A stretch of DNA of 47,910 nucleotides, from positions 1 to 47,910 of the forward strand of contig JAKFCT010000035.1 in assembly GCA_036676495.1 (NCBI GenBank), given 5' to 3'. The notes below the pieces were generated by a model. The model saw nothing but the letters and a program-made list of their open reading frames with translations. It ran no database searches and had not been told where the DNA came from. The DNA is from Candidatus Sericytochromatia bacterium. Its GTDB lineage: Bacteria; Cyanobacteriota; Sericytochromatia; S15B-MN24; UBA4093. Below, piece after piece: positions 1 through 11,505 of this stretch (the stretch's first letter is position 1; every line of letters begins with the position of its first letter). The translations under genes were made by a program, and so were the position numbers.

Positions 1-62
1 TGGAGTTCGCCGTCGAGGCGACCAAGCTGCTGGGCCTCAAGCTCGAAGGGAGTGTCGGCTAA
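1..62 (+). CDS. sufB: Fe-S cluster assembly protein SufB, C-terminal fragment cut by the window edge
   Basis: Frame from position 3 reads [19 protein letters not shown], the typical SufB C-terminus. Its TAA overlaps the sufC ATG (TAATG). Confidence 0.9.
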   Translation, partial: EFAVEATKLLGLKLEGSVG

Positions 63-847
63 TGGCCAAGGGAGACATCATTCTGGAGGTTCGCGACCTG
101 ACGGCCTCGGTCGCGGGCGTCGATATCCTCAAGGGGATTTCCCTGACGGTCCGCGCCGGCGAGATCCACGCCATCATGGGCCCCAACGGTTCCGGCAAGA
201 GCACCTTCTCCAAGGTGCTGGCCGGACACCCCGACTACACCGTCACGGGCGGCACGGTCCGCTTCATGGGCCAGGACCTCTTCGCGCTGGAGCCCGAGGA
301 GCGCGCCAAGGCCGGCATGTTCCTGGCCTTCCAGTACCCCATCGAGATCCCCGGCGTCTCCAACGCCACCTTCCTGCGCCTCGCCTACAACTCGGTCGCC
401 GAGTCGCGCGGCTGGGAGGAGCTGGATCCCCTGGAGTTCGATGACTTCATCCGCGAGAAGCTGCAAGTCGTCGAGATGGACCCCGCCTTCCTGGATCGCT
501 CGGTCAACGAGGGCTTCTCGGGCGGTGAGAAGAAGCGCAACGAGATCCTCCAGATGGCCGTCTTGCAGCCCTTCCTCGGCGTGCTCGACGAGATCGACTC
601 GGGCCTCGACATCGACGCCCTGCGGATCGTTTCCCAGGGCGTGAACGAGATCTCCAACGACTCCAACGCCATGATCATGGTGACCCACTACCAGCGTCTC
701 TTGGACTACATCACCCCGGACTTCGTCCACGTGGTTTCCGACGGCCAGATCATCAAGACCGGCGACAAGGAGCTCGCGCTCGAGCTCGAGCGCCGCGGTT
801 ACGACTGGGTGCGCGAGGAGTTCGAGCGGCGGACCGTGACGGCATAA
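62..847 (+). CDS. sufC: Fe-S cluster assembly ATPase SufC
   Basis: Walker [61 protein letters not shown]. Confidence 0.97.
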   Translation: MAKGDIILEVRDLTASVAGVDILKGISLTVRAGEIHAIMGPNGSGKSTFSKVLAGHPDYTVTGGTVRFMGQDLFALEPEERAKAGMFLAFQYPIEIPGVSNATFLRLAYNSVAESRGWEELDPLEFDDFIREKLQVVEMDPAFLDRSVNEGFSGGEKKRNEILQMAVLQPFLGVLDEIDSGLDIDALRIVSQGVNEISNDSNAMIMVTHYQRLLDYITPDFVHVVSDGQIIKTGDKELALELERRGYDWVREEFERRTVTA

Positions 848-857
848 GGAGGCAGGA

Positions 858-2249
858 ATGACGACCGAAGTCCATACCTCTCGCCTGATGCCCTCGGAGG
901 CGGCCCATGCGACGGCTCCCGCCGAGCACGGCCATGATCCCTTCCTCGAGGCCCTCTTGGCCGCCCGGCAGCCGCTGGCGCAGGCCGCGCCGGCCGGCCT
1001 GGTCGCGCTGCGCCAGGCGGCCGAAGCCCGGCTGGAGCATCTGAGCCTGCCGACCGTGCGCGACGAGGACTGGCGTTTCGCCAACCTCAAGCCCCTGCGC
1101 GCGATTGCCTTCACCCCCGCGCCGGCGCCCGCCGCCCCGAGCCCGGAGGCGATCGCCCCCTTCCTGCTGCCCGAAGCCGACGCCAGCTACCTGGTCTTCC
1201 TCAACGGCCACTTCGCCCCCGAGCTCTCCCAGGTCTCCGGGCTTCCGGCCGGGGTCACCGTGACCTCCCTGGCGGGCGCCCAGGGCCAAGGCGAGCAGGT
1301 GGCGCGTCAACTGGGGCGCCTGGCCGGAACGGATGCCTTCACGACCCTGAACGCGGCCCTGGCCACGGACGGCGCGCTCGTGGTGATCCCGCGCGGAACG
1401 GTCGTCTCAGCTCCGATTCACCTCTTGTTCATCGGAGTGCCTGCTGAGCAGCCGCTCGCCGCGAGCCCCCGCGTGCTGGTCGTCGCCGAGGCCGGCGCCA
1501 CCCTCACCCTGGTCGAGGACTACGTGACCCTCGGGGCCCAAGGGGTCGAGTCCCAGGGGGACGCGCCGGTCTTCACCAACGCGGTGACCGAGCTGGCGAT
1601 CGCCGAGGACGCGGTCGTCAACCATGTCCGCCTCCAGCGGGAGAGCCTCTCGGCCTTCCACATCGGGCGGAGCGTGGCGGAGCTCGGCCATACGGCCACC
1701 TACCACCAGGATGCCGTGACCATGGGCGGCCGCTTCACGCGCTTCGAGCCGGTCGTCCTCCAGAACGCCGAAGGCATGGACGCCTCGCTGAACGGCCTGA
1801 TCGTAATCGGGGACGGCCAGTTCGCCGATACCCACTCGACCCTCGACCACGCCCGTCCCATGGGCAAGAGCCTCCAGGTGCAGAAATGCGTCCTCGACGG
1901 CGATGCCCGCGGAGTCTTCAACGGCAAGATCCTGGTCCGGAAGGGCGCTCAGGCGACCAACTCCTCCCAGCAGAGCCGCAACTTGCTGCTCTCGGAGAAG
2001 GCCAAGATCGACACCAAGCCCCAGCTCGAGATCTTCGCTGACGACGTCCGCTGCGCCCACGGCGCCACGGTCGGTCAGCTCGATCCCGATTCGATCTTCT
2101 ACCTGGTGAGCCGCGGCCTCAGCCAGGCCGAGGCCCATGGCCTCTTGGTCTACGCCTTCGCGGCGGAGGTGATCGACCGGATTCCCCTCGCGTCGCTCCG
2201 CGATGCCCTGCGCACCCGGGTCTCGGCCTCGGTGCCCGGTCTCGAGTAA
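858..2249 (+). CDS. sufD: Fe-S cluster assembly protein SufD
   Basis: LPTVRDEDWRF, VFNGKI, IDTKPQLEIFADDVRCAHGATVGQLD, FYLVSRGL; AAGGAGG RBS. Confidence 0.95.
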   Translation: MTTEVHTSRLMPSEAAHATAPAEHGHDPFLEALLAARQPLAQAAPAGLVALRQAAEARLEHLSLPTVRDEDWRFANLKPLRAIAFTPAPAPAAPSPEAIAPFLLPEADASYLVFLNGHFAPELSQVSGLPAGVTVTSLAGAQGQGEQVARQLGRLAGTDAFTTLNAALATDGALVVIPRGTVVSAPIHLLFIGVPAEQPLAASPRVLVVAEAGATLTLVEDYVTLGAQGVESQGDAPVFTNAVTELAIAEDAVVNHVRLQRESLSAFHIGRSVAELGHTATYHQDAVTMGGRFTRFEPVVLQNAEGMDASLNGLIVIGDGQFADTHSTLDHARPMGKSLQVQKCVLDGDARGVFNGKILVRKGAQATNSSQQSRNLLLSEKAKIDTKPQLEIFADDVRCAHGATVGQLDPDSIFYLVSRGLSQAEAHGLLVYAFAAEVIDRIPLASLRDALRTRVSASVPGLE

Positions 2250-2259
2250 GGAGGGCCGC

Positions 2260-3501
<1,242 letters not shown>

Positions 3502-3556
3502 CGGCCGCGGCACGGCTGACGCCGTGAGCCCCTAGAGTTTGCAAGAGGAAGGTTCG

Positions 3557-4042
3557 ATGAACGCCACGAAGGCGCTATACCAGGAGGTCATCCTGGAGCA
3601 TAACAAGAAGCCCCGCAACTACGGGCTGCTGGAAGGGGCGAATCGCCGCTCGGAGGGAGTCAATCCGCTCTGCGGCGACCATATCCAGCTGACGGTCGAC
3701 GTCCAGGACGACAAGGTCGCCGACATCCGCTTCGAGGGCCATTCTTGCGCCATCTGCAAGGCCTCGGCCTCGATGATGACGACCAACGTCAAGGGCAAGA
3801 CCGTCTCCGAAGCCGAAACCCTGATCCAGGAGTTCCGGGACATGACCACCGGGAAGCTCGATCCCGAGGTCCCGGGCCACCACCTGGGACGCCTCACGGT
3901 CTTCTCGGGCATCTCGGGCCTTCCCTCGCGGGTGAAGTGCGCGGTCCTGCCCTGGCATACCCTGCATGCGGCCTTCGCGAATCGGGACTCCGTGTCTACC
4001 GAGGGATCGGCCGATGATCTGGTTCCCGGAGGAGGTGCGTAA
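3557..4042 (+). CDS. sufU: SUF system NifU-family protein SufU
   Basis: LYQEVILEH, NPLCGD, CAICKASASMM, RVKCAVLPWH. Confidence 0.93.
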   Translation: MNATKALYQEVILEHNKKPRNYGLLEGANRRSEGVNPLCGDHIQLTVDVQDDKVADIRFEGHSCAICKASASMMTTNVKGKTVSEAETLIQEFRDMTTGKLDPEVPGHHLGRLTVFSGISGLPSRVKCAVLPWHTLHAAFANRDSVSTEGSADDLVPGGGA

Positions 4043-4593
4043 TGCCCAAGATCGCTGAAATCGAATACACCCCCAACCCCAACGCCCGGAAGTTCGTGCT
4101 CAAGGAGCCGATCACCAACGGTCCGTCGCGGTCCTACCAGGACGCGTCCTCGGCCCAGGGCGATGGCTTGGCGTCGGCCTTGTTCGCGGTGCCGCACGTG
4201 ATCAGCGTCTACTACGTGGATCGCTACGTCACGGTCACGCAGGACGGCCAGGCGGACTGGCAGGAGCTGCTGCGCAAGGTGGCCGATCCGATCCGCGCGG
4301 CCCAGCCGATCACCATCCAGGCGTCTCCGGACGGGGAGCGCAAGCCCGTTGCGGCGACCCCGGAGGACGAGGTGAAGCTGGCGCAGATCACCGAGCTGCT
4401 GGATACGCGGGTGCGCCCTGCGCTCATGATGGACGGCGGCGGCCTCGAAGTGCTGGAACTCTCCGGCGGCGTGCTCAAGGTCCACTACCAGGGCGCTTGC
4501 GGCACGTGCCCCAGCTCGATGTACGGGACGCTCGCGGCGATCGAGAACCTGGTTCACCTCGTGGATCCGACCTTGCGGGTGGTTGCCGTCTAG
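4042..4593 (+). CDS. Nfu-type Fe-S carrier (Nfu N-terminal domain + NifU C-terminal domain)
   Basis: TPNPNARKFVL N-domain; VRPALMMDGGG and YQGACGTCPSS CxxC. Confidence 0.9.
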   Translation: MPKIAEIEYTPNPNARKFVLKEPITNGPSRSYQDASSAQGDGLASALFAVPHVISVYYVDRYVTVTQDGQADWQELLRKVADPIRAAQPITIQASPDGERKPVAATPEDEVKLAQITELLDTRVRPALMMDGGGLEVLELSGGVLKVHYQGACGTCPSSMYGTLAAIENLVHLVDPTLRVVAV

Positions 4594-4607
4594 ATAGGGG
4601 GGAGGCG

Positions 4608-5051
4608 ATGAAGCTCACGAAGGCGTCGGAATACGGGATCCTGACCCTGCTTTATCTGGCCAAGCAGCCGGAAGGACAGCTCAGTGACACGGCGCGCATC
4701 GCCGAGGTCGAGCGGATTCCGTTATCCTTTTTGATCAAGCTGGTGCCGTCCCTGGTCAAGGCGGGGCTCATCCGCTCGCACCGGGGCGCCAACGGAGGCC
4801 TGGAGCTGGGACGTCCCGCCGAGAGCGTGACCCTGCGCCATGTCATCGAGGCCACGGAAGGGGAGATTGCCGTCAACGACTGCACCACCTCGGCACCCTA
4901 CGATTGCTTCCGCCTGGGTTGCGCGGTTCACGTCGCGCTCAAGAACGCCCAGGACCAGTTCCTGAAGGCTCTGGACGAATGCACGCTGGCGAGCCTCGCG
5001 CAGCAGGAGCAGGCCCCACCGGTTCGCTTCGAGGTCATGCCGGTCCGCTAA
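4608..5051 (+). CDS. Rrf2-family (IscR-like) transcriptional regulator
   Basis: MKLTKASEYG, LVKAGLIRSHRGANGG, C-x7-C-x4-C-x2-H ligand-like motif; GGAGG RBS. Confidence 0.88.
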   Translation: MKLTKASEYGILTLLYLAKQPEGQLSDTARIAEVERIPLSFLIKLVPSLVKAGLIRSHRGANGGLELGRPAESVTLRHVIEATEGEIAVNDCTTSAPYDCFRLGCAVHVALKNAQDQFLKALDECTLASLAQQEQAPPVRFEVMPVR

Positions 5052-5078
5052 TCGCTCGTTTGAATGGAGGGGGAAATC

Positions 5079-5438
5079 ATGGCCACGGAAACGAATACCC
5101 AGGCAGCGCCCAAGCTGATCTCGGTGACCCCGAAGGCGGTGGGTCACGTCAGAACCTTGCTGGAGCGCCAGGAAAAGCCCGACGGTTACCTGCGCATCGC
5201 GGCCGTCGGCGGAGGGTGCTCGGGGCTCAGCTACAAGCTCAGCGTCGAGGACGAGCCCGGCCCTTCGGATTACATCTTCGAGGAAAACGGCCTCAAGGTG
5301 CTGCTCGACATGAAGAGCTCGCTGGTCTTGGCCGGCATGGAGCTCGACTACAACGACGACCTCATGAACGCCGGGTTCTCCTTCAAGAACCCCAACGCGA
5401 CGCATTCCTGCGGCTGCGGAACGAGCTTCGGGGTCTAG
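5079..5438 (+). CDS. A-type Fe-S carrier (IscA/SufA/HesB family)
   Basis: GGGCSGLSY and FKNPNATHSCGCGTSF. Confidence 0.95.
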   Translation: MATETNTQAAPKLISVTPKAVGHVRTLLERQEKPDGYLRIAAVGGGCSGLSYKLSVEDEPGPSDYIFEENGLKVLLDMKSSLVLAGMELDYNDDLMNAGFSFKNPNATHSCGCGTSFGV

Positions 5439-5457
5439 CCGCCGGCGCCTCAACGTC

Positions 5458-5497
5458 GCGAATGAGCCCCCCGTGACCGCACGGGGGGCTCATTCGC
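5458..5497. terminator. Probable bidirectional terminator between convergent genes
   Basis: Perfect 18-bp stem GCGAATGAGCCCCCCGTG-accg-CACGGGGGGCTCATTCGC. Confidence 0.75.
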
Positions 5498-5508
5498 TTG
5501 GCTGGAAG

Positions 5509-5826
5509 TCAAAGCCCGATCGCGCCCCGATGTTCCGGGTGAATCAAATCGTGGGTCTCGGGGTGGCGCTGCATGTAGCGCGCGATGAACGTACACGTCG
5601 GAATCACCTGAAGCTGCGCGCTGCGGGCATGCGCGAGCCCCGCCTCCGCCAGACGGTTGCCGAGTCCCCGGCCCCCGAGTTCAGGCGGTACCTCGGTATG
5701 GGTGAAATCGATGCTACCCGCTCCCAGCTCGTACTCCGCGAGGCACATGAGCCCGTCGACCTCGAGTTCGAAGCGCCCGAGGTCGGGATTGTTCCGGACG
5801 GAATTGCGCGCGTTCTCTTGCTCCAT
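5509..5826 (-). CDS. Small GNAT-family N-acetyltransferase (YjdJ-like)
   Basis: IDFTHTEVPPELGGRGLG and VIPTCTFIARY. Confidence 0.88.
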   Translation of the reverse strand: MEQENARNSVRNNPDLGRFELEVDGLMCLAEYELGAGSIDFTHTEVPPELGGRGLGNRLAEAGLAHARSAQLQVIPTCTFIARYMQRHPETHDLIHPEHRGAIGL

Positions 5827-5983
5827 GTCTCTACCTTTCATCAGTGTCTGATGGCATCCTATCAGGTCCGTGGGCGTGGGGAATAGCCATGGTGGGGGCG
5901 ATCGCGGATACTAGGTCGACCGTCCACCCCACGCGCTACCTGCGGCGGTAGAATGGCAGGGGCAACTGGAAACGGAGGTGGTG

Positions 5984-8311
5984 ATGCTGTCCCTGCGTGA
6001 ATGGCACCTGGATGACGATGCGTTCGTGGCCTCCATGCCGGGCCACGACTTACGGGTGACTTGCGTGACGCCGGGGGTGATGCGCGTCTCGCTGAGCCCC
6101 AAGGGCCACCCGTGGCCACCGTCCCCGGCGATCGCCCTCTCCGACGCGCCCCGTCCATTCTCCGTCAAGGACCTGGGCGACTCCTTGACGTTCGAGACGG
6201 AAGGCCTCTCGCTCACGATCAATAAGGCTCACCCGAGCCTCTCGCTGGCCGATTCAGGCGGCGAGCCCCTGCTCGCGGACATCACCCCGATTCTGGAGGG
6301 CGGCGTCTGGCGCCTGGAGGCCCCGCTCACCGCCGAGACTCGCTGCTATGGACTGGGCGAGAAGACCGGCTTCCTGGACAAGCGCGGTCGCCGCTACACC
6401 ATGTGGAACACGGACGACCCCAGTCCCCACATCGAGACCCTCGATCCCCTCTACGTCTCGATCCCCTGGGCCATCCTCGCTACGGGGGGCAGGGCCGTGG
6501 GACTCTACCTCGACGATCCGACCCGGACGGTCTGGGACGTCGGCAGCTCTAGCCCCGATCGCCTGGTCGTCACGACTCCGCGGGATGGCCTCGATCTCTA
6601 CATGGTGGCCGGCCCCGAGCTCGCTCAGGTGGTCGAGCGTTACACGGCCGTCACGGGTCGCATGCCCTTGCCGCCCTATTGGGCCATCGGCTACCAGCAG
6701 TCGCGCTGGAGCTACGACTCGGCCGATCGCATGCGCGAGGTGGTCCGGGAGTACCGTGAGCGCGGGATCCCGCTGGACGTGCTCTATGCCGACATCGACT
6801 ACATGGATGGCTACCGGGTCTTCACCTGGAACCCCGAGACCTTCCCGGATCCCGAGGCCCTCATGGCCGACCTCGCGGAGCAGGGAGTGCGCGTGGTGCC
6901 GATCGTGGACCCGGGGGTGAAGAAGGACGGCGACAGCCCGCTCTTCGTCGAGGGCGCGGAGCGCGGCATGTTCGTGAGGGACCGCGACGGCCTGCCGCTG
7001 GTCGGGGAGGTCTGGCCGGGACAGGTCTGCTTCCCGGACTTCGCGCGCTCCGACGTGCGGCACTGGTGGGGGGAGTGGCATCAGGGCTACCTGGACGCGG
7101 GGGTGGCGGGCATCTGGACCGACATGAACGAGCCCTCGAATTTCGATTCTCCCACCAAGACCCTGCCGCTGGACGCGCGCCATGGGGAGGACGGGAGCTT
7201 GACCCATGACATGGTGCATAACCTTTACGGTTCCTGGATGGCCCAGGCGACCCGCGAGGGCTTGCGGCGCCTGAGGCCCGACGAGCGCCCCTTCGTGCTG
7301 AGTCGGGCCGGCTTCGCGGGGATCCAGCGCCATGCGGCGGTCTGGACCGGGGATAATTTCAGCATCTGGGGGCATCTCGAGCAATCCCTGCCCATGGTCA
7401 TGAACATGGGGCTCTCGGGCCTGGCCTTCGTGGGGGCGGATGTCGGAGGCTTCTCGGGGGATTGCGTGGGCGAGCTGCTCGCCCGCTGGACGCAGGTGGG
7501 AGCCTTCACGCCCTTCTTCCGCAATCATGCCGCCAAGGGCACCTGCGATCAGGAACCCTGGGTCTTCGGAAGCGAGGTCGAGGAGATCTGCCGGCGCTAC
7601 ATCCGGATGCGCTACGCGTGGCTGCCCTACCTCTATACGGCCTTCTGGCAGGCCTCTCGTACGGGGCAGCCCATCATGCGGCCGCTGGTCTACGAGCATC
7701 CCGACGATCCGGAGCTGGCGGACTGCTACGATCAGGCCATGGTGGGCCCGGATCTCATGATGGCTCCGATCGTCCGGCCGGGGGGCCGAAAGCGCTTGGT
7801 TTACCTGCCGGAAGGGGAGTGGCTCGACTTCTGGACCGGTGAGCGTCACGGTGGGCGTACGACTGTCCTGGTCGATGCCCCGCTGGAGCGCTTGCCGCTC
7901 TTCGTCCGGGCGGGAGCGGTCATCCCCCGCGGGGAATGGGCGCCTTGCGTCGATCAGCGCGATCGCGCGCGCCTGGAGCTGCACGTCTACCCGGCGGCGA
8001 GGATCCGGGGCCAGTGGTATGACGACGACGGGAGGAGCCTGGCCTACGTGCAGGGTGGCTACAATCTCTGGACGCTCGAAGGAGCGCGCGACGCGGAAGG
8101 GATCCGGCTCGCGCTCAGGGCGGAACACGCGGGTTACGCGTCGCCCACGCGGACCGTGCGGATCGTGCTGCATGGGGCAGCCGGAGCGGGCGCGGTCGTG
8201 GCCGAGGGCCCGACGCCGGGTGGGCCGGTCGATTGGCAGCGGGACGGGGAGGATCTGGTGATCACGGTGCCCTGCGCCCCGGGAGCCTGGCGGGTGAGCG
8301 GCCTAGCGTAG
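5984..8311 (+). CDS. Glycoside hydrolase family 31 (alpha-glucosidase-like)
   Basis: YGLGEKTG, GYQQSRWSY, DIDYMDGYRVFTW, catalytic WTDMNEPS and WTGDN; GGAGG RBS and upstream TAGAAT. Confidence 0.95.
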   Translation: MLSLREWHLDDDAFVASMPGHDLRVTCVTPGVMRVSLSPKGHPWPPSPAIALSDAPRPFSVKDLGDSLTFETEGLSLTINKAHPSLSLADSGGEPLLADITPILEGGVWRLEAPLTAETRCYGLGEKTGFLDKRGRRYTMWNTDDPSPHIETLDPLYVSIPWAILATGGRAVGLYLDDPTRTVWDVGSSSPDRLVVTTPRDGLDLYMVAGPELAQVVERYTAVTGRMPLPPYWAIGYQQSRWSYDSADRMREVVREYRERGIPLDVLYADIDYMDGYRVFTWNPETFPDPEALMADLAEQGVRVVPIVDPGVKKDGDSPLFVEGAERGMFVRDRDGLPLVGEVWPGQVCFPDFARSDVRHWWGEWHQGYLDAGVAGIWTDMNEPSNFDSPTKTLPLDARHGEDGSLTHDMVHNLYGSWMAQATREGLRRLRPDERPFVLSRAGFAGIQRHAAVWTGDNFSIWGHLEQSLPMVMNMGLSGLAFVGADVGGFSGDCVGELLARWTQVGAFTPFFRNHAAKGTCDQEPWVFGSEVEEICRRYIRMRYAWLPYLYTAFWQASRTGQPIMRPLVYEHPDDPELADCYDQAMVGPDLMMAPIVRPGGRKRLVYLPEGEWLDFWTGERHGGRTTVLVDAPLERLPLFVRAGAVIPRGEWAPCVDQRDRARLELHVYPAARIRGQWYDDDGRSLAYVQGGYNLWTLEGARDAEGIRLALRAEHAGYASPTRTVRIVLHGAAGAGAVVAEGPTPGGPVDWQRDGEDLVITVPCAPGAWRVSGLA

Positions 8312-8372
8312 CTTGCCCTCGGGGAGCGCGAGCGCTAGGATCCAGAACGACCCCTTGGAATGGAGGGCGACC

Positions 8373-9041
8373 ATGCGGGAACGGATCTTCAGGGATCGCG
8401 AGCATGCCGGCCATCTGCTCGCCGAACAGTTGCAAAGCCACCGGGATGAGCCCGGTGTGGTGGTCTTGGCCTTGGCGCCGCAGGGCTTGCCGGTCGCAAA
8501 GCCGATTGCCGACCGGCTCTGCGCCAGGCTGGATGCGATCAGCGCGCGGAAGATCCTGGATCCCTCGAACTCGGACAACCCGGTCGGGGCGGTCACGTCG
8601 CATGGGGTGCGGATCCTCGACGAGGGGCGCCTGCGCGAGACCTTCTTGCCTCCCGGCACCCTGGAAGAGGCGACTGAAGCTCAGCTCGGCATCCTGAGAC
8701 GTCGGGAGGCCTTCCTGCGTCGCTACCATGCCCGCGTTCCCCTGAGCGATCGCACGGTGATCCTGGTGGATGACGGGGCAATGAGCGGGCTGACGATGCG
8801 GGCGGCGATCGCCGACGTCCGCGAACAAAAGCCGGAGGCCGTCTTCGTGGCGGTTCCCGTGGCTCCGCTGCGGGTGATCAAGGCGCTTCACGACCAGGCG
8901 GACCGGGTCGTCGTCTTCGAGGCGACCGAGGACGTGGCCGACGTCTACGAGGCCTATGAGCACTTCCCCCCCGTCTCGGATCCGGAAGCGGCCGAATTGC
9001 TCGCCGAGCATATCCGCTGCCTGCGCTTCCCCTACCACTAA
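8373..9041 (+). CDS. Phosphoribosyltransferase-family protein
   Basis: FRDREHAG N-terminus, VILVDDGAMSGLTM PRPP-loop-like motif, VAVPVAP. Confidence 0.85.
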   Translation: MRERIFRDREHAGHLLAEQLQSHRDEPGVVVLALAPQGLPVAKPIADRLCARLDAISARKILDPSNSDNPVGAVTSHGVRILDEGRLRETFLPPGTLEEATEAQLGILRRREAFLRRYHARVPLSDRTVILVDDGAMSGLTMRAAIADVREQKPEAVFVAVPVAPLRVIKALHDQADRVVVFEATEDVADVYEAYEHFPPVSDPEAAELLAEHIRCLRFPYH

Positions 9042-9134
9042 CCTCGCGACGGCGCGCGGCGCCTCAGGCACCGCGCGGCTCGGACCCCGACTCCAGCCTT
9101 CGCGGTACAATGGAGGCTTCGGAGGACCCGACGC

Positions 9135-10082
9135 GTGCGCATCAGCTACCATCCCGATTACACGATTCCCTTGCCCGAGGGCCATCCCTTCCCCATGGAG
9201 AAGTACCGGGCCCTGTACCGGGTCTTGAAGGCCCAGGGGCTGCTGGCGGATGCCGATATCGTGGAGCCTGAGGAGGCCGACTGGGCGGATCTCGCCTTGG
9301 TGCATACGCCGGAGTACCTGACGATGCTGCGCGAAGGCGGCATGGATCGCGCCACCTCCCGAAAGCTGGGGTTTCCCTGGTCGGATGCGGTTCTGAGGCG
9401 GGCGCGCCTCGCAGTTCAGGGGACGATCAACGCGGCCATGATGGCCTTGCAGGACGGGCACGCCGCCAATCTCGCCGGAGGCACGCACCATGCCTTCCCC
9501 GATCGCGGGGAAGGGTACTGCCTCTTACACGACGTGGCGATCGCCATCCGGGTGCTCCAGCGCCGCCGCTGGATTCGCACGGCCCTCACCGTCGACCTCG
9601 ACGTCCACCAGGGCAACGGGACCGCCGCCATCTTCGCCGAGGACCCTTCGGTCTATACGTTCTCGATGCATGGCGCCAAGAACTACCCCTTTCGCAAGGA
9701 GCGCTCCAGCCTGGACGTCGAACTGACCGATGGCTGCGGGGACGCGGAGTACCTGGGCTTGCTGGTAGAGCACCTGCCGCGAGCGATTGCCGAGAGCGGT
9801 GCCGACCTGGCGTTTTACCTGGCGGGAGTGGACCCGGCGGCAGGCGATCGCCTGGGCCGCCTCAATCTTTCCGAAGCCGCCCTCTTCGAGCGGGACCGCA
9901 TGGTGCTTTCGGCGCTCGACTCCGCCGGCGTGCCCGTGGTGCTCGTGCTCGCGGGAGGTTACGCGGCAAGTGCCGAGCGTACGGCAGAACTCCATGCGAT
10001 AGCGCACCAGGCCGCCCGGGCCGTCTTCGGACCGGACACGATAGAGAGACGGGTCGACGCCTCCTTGCCCTCGCAGGCCTGA
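9135..10082 (+). CDS. Zn-dependent histone deacetylase-family protein
   Basis: HPFPMEKY, AGGTHHA, DLDVHQGNGT, GVDP..GDRLG, LAGGY. Confidence 0.93.
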   Translation: MRISYHPDYTIPLPEGHPFPMEKYRALYRVLKAQGLLADADIVEPEEADWADLALVHTPEYLTMLREGGMDRATSRKLGFPWSDAVLRRARLAVQGTINAAMMALQDGHAANLAGGTHHAFPDRGEGYCLLHDVAIAIRVLQRRRWIRTALTVDLDVHQGNGTAAIFAEDPSVYTFSMHGAKNYPFRKERSSLDVELTDGCGDAEYLGLLVEHLPRAIAESGADLAFYLAGVDPAAGDRLGRLNLSEAALFERDRMVLSALDSAGVPVVLVLAGGYAASAERTAELHAIAHQAARAVFGPDTIERRVDASLPSQA

Positions 10083-10088
10083 ACGCGA

Positions 10089-10835
10089 TTACCTCCCGGT
10101 TGCGGCGAGCCGTTCGAGGGTTTCTCCGATGGTGCCATCGAGGCGAAGGTCCGCCACGGCGTCGAAGGCCGTGGACTCCCGGTTGAGGATGACGAGCTTG
10201 GCCCCGTGGGACTTGGCGACCTGTGGAAACCAGTTGGCCGGCGAAACCTGAAGTGACGATCCCAGGACGATGAACAGCTCCGCGCGCTCGCTGGCGTCTT
10301 GGGCCTTGCGGAGCGCTTCCTCGGGCAGGGCTTCGCCGAAGAGCACGACTCCGGGACGCAGCCTGTCCCCGCAGCGCTCGCAATGGGTTCCCTCATCGGT
10401 GAGGAAGCGCTCGGAGTCCGCCTCGGCCCCACAGCGCTGGCAGCGGATGGTTCGCAGGCTGCCATGCAGCTCGATGACCTCGGGGCTGCCGGCGCGGGCA
10501 TGCAGCCCGTCCACGTTCTGGGTGATCAGGGCCTGCACCCGGCCCTCGCGCTGCCACTCGGCAATCCGCCGGTGCCCCGCATGCGGTTCCACCCCCTGGA
10601 GCATGCGGATGCGCCAGCGGTAGAACTCCACGAACTCCGGAAAGTCATGTCGCAGGGCCGAGACCGAGGCCAGCTCCTCGAAGCGCCGGTTCTGCTTCCA
10701 GAGGCCGCCCGCGGAGCGGAAGTCGGGTAAGCCGGACTCCGTGCTCATCCCCGCTCCCGTGAAAACGGTGGTATAGCGTGATTCCTGGAGCCAACGCCTC
10801 AGCGTCGCTAGCGGGGTTGCCGGGGGGTGGGGCAT
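10089..10835 (-). CDS. cobB: NAD-dependent protein deacylase (sirtuin, CobB-like)
   Basis: TGAGMSTESGLPDFRS, ITQNVDGLH, ELHGS, two CxxC, LRPGVVLFGE, GSSLQVSPA. Confidence 0.92.
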   Translation of the reverse strand: MPHPPATPLATLRRWLQESRYTTVFTGAGMSTESGLPDFRSAGGLWKQNRRFEELASVSALRHDFPEFVEFYRWRIRMLQGVEPHAGHRRIAEWQREGRVQALITQNVDGLHARAGSPEVIELHGSLRTIRCQRCGAEADSERFLTDEGTHCERCGDRLRPGVVLFGEALPEEALRKAQDASERAELFIVLGSSLQVSPANWFPQVAKSHGAKLVILNRESTAFDAVADLRLDGTIGETLERLAATGR

Positions 10836-10856
10836 GCGTCCCTCCAGATCACGTCG

Positions 10857-11348
10857 TCAGGCGCGCCCATGCTGCGCCAGCCAAGCTTCCGTCCGGGCTT
10901 GATGGTCGGGGGTGAATTTTTCCGTGAGCTCGGCAGCCAGGTCGGCGATGGTCCGCTGAGCCAGGACCGCCATCCAGGCGGCCTCGGCCTCCCGCATGGT
11001 CCGGTTGATCGCGCACGGAAGCCGGCACATGTCCGGCGGCGCCTTGACCGGTCCTCGCTGCCGGATCTCGGTGCAGCGGAACGCGGGCTCCGCCCCCTCG
11101 ATCGCCCGCGTCACATCCAGAAAGCTGATGGTCTCCGCAGGACGGGCCAGCCGGTAACCGCCACGCGGCCCCGGCACCGAGATGAGGATGCCGGCCGCGA
11201 CGAGTGCCTTCAGGTGCTTGAGCATGTAGCTTTCCGACACCCCATGGAACTCCGCCACCGCCTTACCCGGCATGGTGGCGTTCTCGGGCAGGCCCGATAG
11301 CAGCAATACGCTGTGGAGACTCCACTCCACCCCTTCACTCATTCGCAT
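10857..11348 (-). CDS. Rrf2-family regulator, RsrR-like [2Fe-2S] redox sensor
   Basis: MRMSEGVEWSLH (E8/W9/H12), GPRGGYRLAR, FRCTEIRQRGP and LPCAI match the Glu/His/Cys/Cys ligand pattern I recall for Streptomyces RsrR. Confidence 0.85.
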   Translation of the reverse strand: MRMSEGVEWSLHSVLLLSGLPENATMPGKAVAEFHGVSESYMLKHLKALVAAGILISVPGPRGGYRLARPAETISFLDVTRAIEGAEPAFRCTEIRQRGPVKAPPDMCRLPCAINRTMREAEAAWMAVLAQRTIADLAAELTEKFTPDHQARTEAWLAQHGRA

Positions 11349-11389
11349 GCCTTCACCTTACCAGGCTTGCCGCCGATCCTCAATCGCGG

Positions 11390-11435
11390 ATAACCCTAAT
11401 CATGGATTGATTATATCCATGATTAGGGTTATGCT
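11390..11435. promoter_or_regulatory. Palindromic operator overlapping a sigma70-type promoter of the AhpD-like gene
   Basis: Perfect 18-bp arms ATAACCCTAATCATGGAT-N7-ATCCATGATTAGGGTTAT; TTGATT(11407)-N17-TATGCT(11430). Confidence 0.8.
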
Positions 11436-11505
11436 CGTCCGCAACGTGGACAAGCGCGCCGAAGCCCTCCGAGAGCCTCGGCGCATGAGGAAAGCGAGGT
11501 CGAAC